20,000 nt of DNA from an uncultured virus (IMG/VR IMGVR_UViG_3300027798_000043) (taxonomy: Duplodnaviria > Heunggongvirae > Uroviricota > Caudoviricetes > Crassvirales). Position 1 is the first letter of the stretch; the number at the start of each line of letters is the position of its first letter. A program made the translations under genes and the position numbers. Of this stretch, positions 7,632-13,260 are shown piece by piece. The notes under the pieces are model-generated. The model was not told the origin of the DNA and made no database searches. It saw only the letters and a program-made list of their open reading frames with translations. The stretch lies in IMG/VR virus record IMGVR_UViG_3300027798_000043. The stretch is one strand, 5' to 3'.

Positions 7632-7799
7632 TTATATGGTATTTATTTGCTCATTTGTTAGCGAATTTCGCCACATTTGTATGTATTCTTCTTCTTCAGG
7701 GTATTCCGCCAAAGAACCTTTGTTATTAGAGTTCATAAATTCTTCGCCAAACATATAGGTAAAGTACTCTTTTTCAGTCATTCCATAGTAATCTTGCAT
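7632..7799 (-). CDS. 55-aa hypothetical protein (MQDYYGMTEKEYF...EEEEYIQMWRNSLTNEQINTI)
   Basis: Hand-translated. First ATG after promoter-like copy 6; its C-terminus is similar to ORF 9795..9908. Confidence 0.72.
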   Translation of the reverse strand: MQDYYGMTEKEYFTYMFGEEFMNSNNKGSLAEYPEEEEYIQMWRNSLTNEQINTI

Positions 7800-7819
7800 A
7801 GTAGAATTAGTTATTGTTA

Positions 7820-7863
7820 GTTACACTTATATTATCAAATCAATCTCGTATTCGTTTTGTAAG
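7820..7863 (-). promoter_or_regulatory. Conserved promoter-like element, copy 6
   Basis: GTTACA-ctta-TATTATCAA-atcaat-CTCGTA-ttcgttt-TGTAAG. Confidence 0.72.
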
Positions 7864-7925
7864 GGTGGATAGATGTTTAATCGATTTTAAAGAGATAATG
7901 GTATAATCCCTGACTTCACTAAGCC

Positions 7926-8195
7926 TTAGTCATTTCGGTACGATACATAAGCCCAGATTGCCTGGTTGATACGGTCGAGTTCGCATTTGCCTCCGAGGTA
8001 ACGGTGTATAGCATTGTAGAACTTAGTTAGTTCGACGCAATTCTTGCAAAAGTACATTTTAAAGATGTCAATTTCTTCGCCTTGCATGAAATTTAGTCCA
8101 ACAATATCGTCTCCTACTTTTTCGATGTAGACATAGCGGTCATCTTGGTTGCACCATACGATCTCTTTACTCTCAATAATCTTGTATTCACTCAT
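7926..8195 (-). CDS. Hypothetical protein, 89 aa
   Basis: ORF track; follows promoter-like copy 7. Confidence 0.78.
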   Translation of the reverse strand: MSEYKIIESKEIVWCNQDDRYVYIEKVGDDIVGLNFMQGEEIDIFKMYFCKNCVELTKFYNAIHRYLGGKCELDRINQAIWAYVSYRND

Positions 8196-8209
8196 AGTAG
8201 TTGTTTTTA

Positions 8210-8253
8210 GTTACATCATTATTATCAAAAGTCATTCGTGTTCGTTTTGTAAG
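8210..8253 (-). promoter_or_regulatory. Conserved promoter-like element, copy 7
   Basis: GTTACA-tcat-TATTATCAA-aagtca-TTCGTG-ttcgttt-TGTAAG. Confidence 0.72.
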
Positions 8254-8386
8254 CGGTGCTATACACGTTTTACTTCGAAAACGGTGAGAAATGATCGTTT
8301 TACCTCAAATTTGGGTATGTTGTAGGACGGAGTCTACTCTTCCGGCGCTATCTCAAAGCCAGGCTAACATAGTGTATAGCAAAAAG

Positions 8387-8432
8387 AGTGACATTAGCTG
8401 CTTATAACTACTAATAGCAGGCTAACGTCGCT
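8387..8432. repeat. 46-bp inverted-repeat element, copy A
   Basis: AGTGACATTAGC-N22-GCTAACGTCGCT, flanked by A5 and T6 tracts; may also act as a terminator. Confidence 0.8.
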
Positions 8433-8444
8433 GTTTTTTATGTG

Positions 8445-8636
8445 TTATTCGTTATCTTTATCGATCATTTGCTTCAATTTACCTTCGAGCATTACGGTGC
8501 CGACTGTTCGATCGTAGTCACGTACTTCGATGCAATTATCGATTACTGTGAATTGATATTCCGTAGCGTCTTTTGGCGTGTATAGCACAACCGTAGTTAC
8601 AATAGTTCCGATTAGCATTCCAATTATTAGTTTCAT
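8445..8636 (-). CDS. 63-aa protein with an N-terminal hydrophobic helix (membrane anchor or signal)
   Basis: ORF track; MKLIIGMLIGTIVTTVVLY N-terminus. Confidence 0.75.
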   Translation of the reverse strand: MKLIIGMLIGTIVTTVVLYTPKDATEYQFTVIDNCIEVRDYDRTVGTVMLEGKLKQMIDKDNE

Positions 8637-8665
8637 AGTTGTTTATTTCATAGTTGTTTATTTTA

Positions 8666-8709
8666 GATTCATTATTATTATCAATTGTACTTCGTATTCG
8701 TTCTGTAAG
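8666..8709 (-). promoter_or_regulatory. Conserved promoter-like element, copy 8
   Basis: GATTCA-ttat-TATTATCAA-ttgtac-TTCGTA-ttcgttc-TGTAAG. Confidence 0.72.
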
Positions 8710-8741
8710 TGTATAGCATCCCCGTAGGGAGCCAAAGCAGT

Positions 8742-9143
8742 CTAACTTAGACTTGCTTCAGCATCTTGAAATTCTTTTGAATTTTCATTGATTTCAACTT
8801 CAACTTCAATTGTTGCATTCTTGATTGATAATTCAACAACTTCTAGATTTTCAATGTTAGCTAGATGTCTGACATTACTTGGCATATCAGTAGATTGTGA
8901 CCAGTATTGTCTTTTAATCCAACATGGCATTATTGATAGCTTTGGTAGCATGACTTTTAATACTTCATCATGATTGTAAGTTACTTTCTGATTTTTGTTG
9001 TTGATGAAAGTTATTACTTGATTTCGGCCAAGCCAATTCTTTCTGACTACGAAGTTAGCTCGTTCGATCGGCGGATAGATTAAAGCCAAGTCAGCAGTTG
9101 ATAATTTAGCGATCGCTTGTTGTAATAATTCTTGATTGTTCAT
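8742..9143 (-). CDS. Hypothetical phage protein, 133 aa
   Basis: ORF track; leader AACAACTATG; follows promoter-like copy 9. Confidence 0.8.
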   Translation of the reverse strand: MNNQELLQQAIAKLSTADLALIYPPIERANFVVRKNWLGRNQVITFINNKNQKVTYNHDEVLKVMLPKLSIMPCWIKRQYWSQSTDMPSNVRHLANIENLEVVELSIKNATIEVEVEINENSKEFQDAEASLS

Positions 9144-9179
9144 AGTTGTTTAATTTAAAGTTTATATTATTATTTGTTA

Positions 9180-9223
9180 GTTACATTATTATTATCAAAG
9201 TCTGTTCGTATCTAGACTGTAAG
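9180..9223 (-). promoter_or_regulatory. Conserved promoter-like element, copy 9
   Basis: GTTACA-ttat-TATTATCAA-agtctg-TTCGTA-tctagac-TGTAAG. Confidence 0.72.
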
Positions 9224-9239
9224 AAGTTGTATAGCATTT

Positions 9240-9353
9240 TTATTCTATTATAGTTAAGTCAACTATTATTTGTTCAGTTTCTGGATCAAAAATATATTTG
9301 ATTTTATTATTGTTTAAATAGTTCAGTAAGTCAGTTCTAGTTTCTTCGTTCAT
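9240..9353 (-). CDS. 37-aa micro-protein (MNEETRTDLLNYLNNNKIKYIFDPETEQIIVDLTIIE)
   Basis: Hand-translated; the only ORF between promoter-like copies 10 and 9. Confidence 0.65.
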   Translation of the reverse strand: MNEETRTDLLNYLNNNKIKYIFDPETEQIIVDLTIIE

Positions 9354-9367
9354 ATTGTTTGTTTTTA

Positions 9368-9411
9368 TATTCATTATTATTATCAAATTCAATTCGTATT
9401 GGTTTTGTAAG
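9368..9411 (-). promoter_or_regulatory. Conserved promoter-like element, copy 10
   Basis: TATTCA-ttat-TATTATCAA-attcaa-TTCGTA-ttggttt-TGTAAG. Confidence 0.72.
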
Positions 9412-9450
9412 TTACTTTATTTTTATTTAGATTAGTTTGTTACTTTGTTA

Positions 9451-9494
9451 CTTACATATATATTATCAAATACCATTCGTATTCAGACTGTAAA
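9451..9494 (-). promoter_or_regulatory. Conserved promoter-like element, copy 11
   Basis: CTTACA-tata-TATTATCAA-atacca-TTCGTA-ttcagac-TGTAAA. Confidence 0.72.
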
Positions 9495-9558
9495 TGCTAT
9501 ACACGAGCTCCGCTCGCAAGCTCGCACGGTCCCGGCTGCCAATTCCATCGAGTGGAGT

Positions 9559-9581
9559 AAAAAGGTCCCGATTAAAGGACC
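9559..9581 (-). terminator. Probable intrinsic terminator
   Basis: Minus strand GGTCC-tttaatcg-GGACC-TTTTT, 13 nt after the stop at 9595. Confidence 0.55.
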
Positions 9582-9594
9582 GAATTCCGTTATG

Positions 9595-9798
9595 TTAGTT
9601 CAGTGCTGGATCGAACTCTTCGGAGTCAACCCATGCCCAGTACGAAGCTCCTTGTCGGGTCTCATCCCACTTGCACATGCCTGAGATCGCGAAGTTGTGC
9701 GTGATGCACGTTTGGACCCAGTCCTGGCCGAATTGCCATCTTGTTTCCTCGATCATGTCGAGTCTCGTTTGTGGATGTAGATCATTTAATCTTTTCAT
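9595..9798 (-). CDS. Hypothetical Trp-rich protein, 67 aa (MKRLNDLHPQTRLDM...)
   Basis: Track ORF 9595..9852. Start reassigned to the ATG at 9798, which forms an ATGA overlap with the upstream micro-ORF. Confidence 0.7.
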   Translation of the reverse strand: MKRLNDLHPQTRLDMIEETRWQFGQDWVQTCITHNFAISGMCKWDETRQGASYWAWVDSEEFDPALN

Positions 9799-9908
9799 GC
9801 GATGTATTCGTTTAGTTGGTTTAATTGTTCTTGAGTTAGGCTTGATCTCCACGCTTGTACGTAGACTTCATCTTCTTGATATAGTAATTCTAATTCTTCT
9901 TCTGACAT
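9795..9908 (-). CDS. 37-aa acidic micro-protein (MSEEELELLYQEDEVYVQAWRSSLTQEQLNQLNEYIA)
   Basis: Hand-translated. First ATG after promoter-like copy 12; similar to ORF 7632..7799. Confidence 0.72.
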   Translation of the reverse strand: MSEEELELLYQEDEVYVQAWRSSLTQEQLNQLNEYIA

Positions 9909-9924
9909 TTTGTAGTATTTATTT

Positions 9925-9968
9925 GTTACATATATATTATCAAATGTACTTCGTATTCGTCTTGTAGG
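9925..9968 (-). promoter_or_regulatory. Conserved promoter-like element, copy 12 (first of the leftward arm)
   Basis: GTTACA-tata-TATTATCAA-atgtac-TTCGTA-ttcgtct-TGTAGG. Confidence 0.72.
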
Positions 9969-10390
9969 AAATGCTATACGCGTTGCTATACACGCTCAGC
10001 GTCGCTCCGCTCCGTGTCGTAACATAATGCCACATAGCGCACATAGCCCCGTCATACGGGAATGTATTGTATTACGTACATATAATACCATATCGTACAT
10101 AATAACGTACACACGGCACGTAGCAGCAGCTAGCAGCCAGCCCTGGAAAGCCGGAACCGTTCACGGAATCCCACGGGAAAGTCGAAACGATACGCCGAAA
10201 GCCGGAATATATTCGGGGACCCGGCAAAATGAAATGCAATTCCGTTTCCGTTTGGAAAAATGAAAATACGTATATAGCCCCTTAATTATATATATCTGAC
10301 AATACGCTTTTACCTCCACGCGAGACTACGCCGGGCTACTAAAAAATTTTTTATTATATTTTTTTTAGGAACTACTTGTTGTGCTATAAT

Positions 10391-10436
10391 AGCGACATTA
10401 GCTAGTTATATTATATAGTAGTAGGCTAACGTCACT
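10391..10436. repeat. 46-bp inverted-repeat element, copy B
   Basis: AGCGACATTAGC-N22-GCTAACGTCACT, followed by GTTTT as in copy A. Confidence 0.8.
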
Positions 10437-10449
10437 GTTTTACGATGCT

Positions 10450-10487
10450 GTAAGATTTTGGTTTCTTGCGTGAGTATATAACTATAT
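10450..10487 (+). promoter_or_regulatory. Putative second-class (late) promoter
   Basis: GTAA-N16-GTGAGTATA-T-AACTATAT upstream of the first rightward gene; the same architecture occurs at 19311-19347. Confidence 0.45.
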
Positions 10488-10499
10488 TAAATTTAAGAT

Positions 10500-10751
10500 A
10501 TGGCACAGAAATTATCACCTGCTGCGGCTAAAGCAAAAGCTGTGCGGGATAAAGCGTTTGCAATGACCGCTGAAAGAAAAGAGAAGAAAGCACATTCCCA
10601 AAGGATGCATCGTAAGAACCCTTCTGCTAAAGGAAAGGACTATGACCATGAGGACGGTAGGTTTGAATCTGTAAAGCAGAATAGGGGTAATGAAGGTGAG
10701 GGAACTAAGAAGGAGAGTGGTAAGAAATATAAAATAAATAAGAACAAATAG
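10500..10751 (+). CDS. Small basic protein, 83 aa, with a possible degenerate HNH-like motif (DYDH...S...NRG)
   Basis: ORF track; K/R-rich. The HNH resemblance is weak. Confidence 0.75.
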   Translation: MAQKLSPAAAKAKAVRDKAFAMTAERKEKKAHSQRMHRKNPSAKGKDYDHEDGRFESVKQNRGNEGEGTKKESGKKYKINKNK

Positions 10752-10753
10752 AC

Positions 10754-10975
10754 ATGGCTAAAGTAGTGAAAGGTAGATTAATTCAAGTAGAAAATAAAGA
10801 AAGAAAATTTGGTTCGGCTTATTCTTACATTGCGGTGCAGGTGGAAGATGAGGACGGGTCTAACGAAAGATGTATTTTATTTACTCAGGATGAAATAGAT
10901 AATGCTCAAAGTAGAGCAAGCAAGAACCCTGAAGACCTTACGAAAAAGGGGTTTTTTACGGACTTATTAGATTAA
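10754..10975 (+). CDS. Hypothetical phage protein, 73 aa
   Basis: ORF track; operon context. Confidence 0.78.
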   Translation: MAKVVKGRLIQVENKERKFGSAYSYIAVQVEDEDGSNERCILFTQDEIDNAQSRASKNPEDLTKKGFFTDLLD

Positions 10976-10992
10976 CTTTAATATTTAAAATA

Positions 10993-11226
10993 ATGATTAC
11001 GAAAGGCATTGGTCTCCAAGGACTAGGTATTAAAGGGCATAAAGGTCTTTGGATTGGTGATGCTGGTAATAATAAAAACGCTATGAAAGAAATGATTAAA
11101 AGAAAAGATGGTTCTAAATCTGAAAGAGGATTATGGGACAACGTAAGAGCCAATAAAGGTTCTGGTAAAAAACCAACAAAAGCAATGTTGGCACAAGCAA
11201 AGAAAATAGAAAGTAAAAAGAAATAG
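10993..11226 (+). CDS. Small Lys-rich protein, 77 aa (GLWDNVRANKGSGKKPT)
   Basis: ORF track; very basic. Confidence 0.72.
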   Translation: MITKGIGLQGLGIKGHKGLWIGDAGNNKNAMKEMIKRKDGSKSERGLWDNVRANKGSGKKPTKAMLAQAKKIESKKK

Positions 11227-11227
11227 C

Positions 11228-11350
11228 ATGGCATTTAAACTAAGAAGTCAAAATGGACCTAGGGACCTTACAGTAGGCGTATCTTTGTCTGCCAATAAAT
11301 ATGCCGGCCAAAAGGCAGGTGTAGGCGCAAGAGTAACTTATAGGTTTTAA
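11228..11350 (+). CDS. 40-aa micro-protein (MAFKLRSQNGPRDLTVGVSLSANKYAGQKAGVGARVTYRF)
   Basis: Hand-translated. ATG 1 nt after the upstream stop and TAATG overlap with the next gene. Confidence 0.68.
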   Translation: MAFKLRSQNGPRDLTVGVSLSANKYAGQKAGVGARVTYRF

Positions 11351-11610
11351 TGGCTACTCAAAAAGCTATGGGTAAAGGACAGTTGATTGATAGACTATCG
11401 GCGCAAGTTGGTAGTCGGGCAATGGCCATTGGTATACTCAAGAAACGCGGCGACTTAAAAGCAGATGGCAGAACATTAACCACGCATGGTAAAAAACGAA
11501 ACGCAATGACGGCTGAAGAGCGCGCTAAAGATAGGGCTTCTAAAGTAACAGGTAAACCGGCAAGTAGTTTCACGTACAACGCATCGACAAATAGAACTAA
11601 AAAGAAATAG
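11350..11610 (+). CDS. Small basic protein, 86 aa
   Basis: ORF track; coupled to neighbours. Confidence 0.78.
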   Translation: MATQKAMGKGQLIDRLSAQVGSRAMAIGILKKRGDLKADGRTLTTHGKKRNAMTAEERAKDRASKVTGKPASSFTYNASTNRTKKK

Positions 11611-11611
11611 C

Positions 11612-11884
11612 ATGGCAAAAACAGCAGCATGGACTAGAAAAGAAGGCAAGGATCCTAAAGGAGGATTAAACGCAAAAGGGGTTGCTTCATATAGAAGAGA
11701 AAACCCAGGATCTAAATTACAAACTGCGGTTACTAAAAAACCATCGGAATTAAAAGCAGGTAGCAAAGACGCGAAGAGACGTAAATCTTTTTGTGCAAGA
11801 ATGTCTGGTATGCCTGGACCAATGAAAAAACCAAACGGAGAATCAACAAGAAAAAAACTCGCATTAGACAAATGGAATTGTTAG
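11612..11884 (+). CDS. Conserved basic phage protein, 90 aa (RRKSFCARM family, possibly DUF6321)
   Basis: AWTRKEGK-x-PKGGLNAKG...RRKSFCARMSGM...W-x-C pattern, which I recall as widespread in aquatic phages. Confidence 0.8.
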   Translation: MAKTAAWTRKEGKDPKGGLNAKGVASYRRENPGSKLQTAVTKKPSELKAGSKDAKRRKSFCARMSGMPGPMKKPNGESTRKKLALDKWNC

Positions 11885-11894
11885 TAAAAAAAAT

Positions 11895-13256
11895 ATGGCT
11901 ATAATATATTCATACCCGGTAAGAATACCTGACCCACAAGATCTTTTAATAGGAACAGAAATGGCCGAGCCAGGAATCGAGGGCGTTCCTAGAACCAGAA
12001 CATTTACAATCGCATCGGTAACAGCATTAAGCGTGGCAACCGCGGTAATACAAGCGGCGGAAGCGGCAACGTTACTATATGCCACAATAGGATCCGTTGA
12101 TTTAAAAGCTAATATTGCCTCTCCTGCATTTGTGGGAACAGTAACAACTAATTCAGATGCTGTAATAAATGGAGTAAAAATAGGCAAAGGCGGAGGAAAT
12201 ATTGCTCAAAATACTGCTATTGGTACAAATGCTTTAAATTCTAACGCAACAGGAAATTATAATACAGCGGTTGGAAACAATACTTTAACTTTAAGTACGG
12301 CAAATGGTAGCGTAGCAGTTGGTTATGAATCTTTAAGAGTTAATACAACTGGTGCTGACAACGTTGCTTTAGGAACTTTCGTATTAACCTCTAACTCAAC
12401 AGGAAATTATAATACAGCAACTGGGAATGGGGCTTTAAGAGATAATACAACAGGAAGTTATAATACGGCAAATGGATTAAATTCTTTAAGATTAAATACA
12501 ACAGGTGAAGATAATACAGCATTTGGAGTTCAAACTTTATATAGTAATACGACAGGGGGTAGCAATGTAGCTATTGGAGAAAATTCTTTATATTATAATA
12601 CAACAGGAATTCATAATACTGGTATTGGGACTGGGGCTTTAAATGCAAATACAACAGGAAGCCTTAACACTGGCATTGGGACTGGTGCTTTAAATGGAAA
12701 TACAACATTTTCTAACGTATCTGGATTAGGTAATGACAGTCAAATAACAAATAATCATCAAGTTCAATTAGGAAATTCAATAACTACGACATACGTTTAT
12801 GGAACAGTTCAAAATCGTTCTGATTTACGTGATAAAGCCGATGTAAGAGATACAGTTTTAGGATTAGATTTTATATCTAAATTAAGACCTGTTGATTATA
12901 AATGGGATATGCGTGAAGATTACAAAGCAGAAGCCCCAACTCAATTAAATAAAGACGCAACTGAAGAAGAAAAAGAAGCGTATAAAATAGTTATGGATGC
13001 TTGGTTGGAATCTGTTAAATTGGATAATCTAACCCACGATGGCACTAATAAAAGAAGTAGATACCATCACGGTTTAATTGCGCAAGAAGTTAAAGAAATA
13101 ATAGAAGAAACTGGAGTTGATTTTGGCGGATTCCAAGACCATAAAATTTCACAAGGACAAGATGTTTTATCAATTGGTTATGATGAACTTATCGCGCCTA
13201 TGATTAAAGCTATACAAGAATTAAAAGCTGAAATTGAATTATTAAAATCAACATAA
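11895..13256 (+). CDS. Tail fibre/spike protein with ~17-aa beta-solenoid repeats and a C-terminal intramolecular chaperone (Peptidase_S74) domain
   Basis: Repeated NTAxGxxALxxNTTG units; SDLRDK site at Ser309 (12819), LRPVDYKW, HGLIAQEV and YDELIAPMIKAIQEL followed by a coiled coil. Confidence 0.88.
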   Translation: MAIIYSYPVRIPDPQDLLIGTEMAEPGIEGVPRTRTFTIASVTALSVATAVIQAAEAATLLYATIGSVDLKANIASPAFVGTVTTNSDAVINGVKIGKGGGNIAQNTAIGTNALNSNATGNYNTAVGNNTLTLSTANGSVAVGYESLRVNTTGADNVALGTFVLTSNSTGNYNTATGNGALRDNTTGSYNTANGLNSLRLNTTGEDNTAFGVQTLYSNTTGGSNVAIGENSLYYNTTGIHNTGIGTGALNANTTGSLNTGIGTGALNGNTTFSNVSGLGNDSQITNNHQVQLGNSITTTYVYGTVQNRSDLRDKADVRDTVLGLDFISKLRPVDYKWDMREDYKAEAPTQLNKDATEEEKEAYKIVMDAWLESVKLDNLTHDGTNKRSRYHHGLIAQEVKEIIEETGVDFGGFQDHKISQGQDVLSIGYDELIAPMIKAIQELKAEIELLKST

Positions 13257-13260
13257 AAAA

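Larger units (their letters stand above)
911..9993. repeat. Dispersed 10-mer GTGTATAGCA/TGCTATACAC, 13 exact copies
   Basis: GTGTATAGCA on + starts at 911, 1856, 2894, 4035, 5292, 6183, 8004, 8372, 8578, 8709. TGCTATACAC on + starts at 8257, 9495, 9984. One-mismatch copies at 6935, 9227, 9972. Confidence 0.93.

Noticed and set aside
1053..9967. Plus-strand track ORFs in the left arm (1053, 1925, 5277, 6266, 7532, 8788, 9445, 9671)
   Set aside because: They are antisense shadows of coupled minus-strand genes or run across regulatory repeats, and their compositions are implausible.
2405..9968. The 12-copy element as a CRISPR array
   Set aside because: Spacing is irregular (83 to ~1420 bp), the intervals contain intact genes, internal positions are degenerate and no cas genes are present.
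3807..9968. Element as a standard sigma70 promoter or an integron attC site
   Set aside because: The spacing between boxes is 21 bp rather than about 17, there is no extended attC-type palindrome, and no integrase is present in the window.
10027..10263. 78-aa plus-strand ORF in the divergence region
   Set aside because: It has atypical composition, runs through the GC-rich repeats and is not coupled to any gene. Probably spurious, though not excluded.
8387..10436. Inverted-repeat arms as matS sites (GTGACRNYGTCAC)
   Set aside because: The half-sites are similar but lie ~32 bp apart instead of 1 bp, and MatP/matS is a gammaproteobacterial system.
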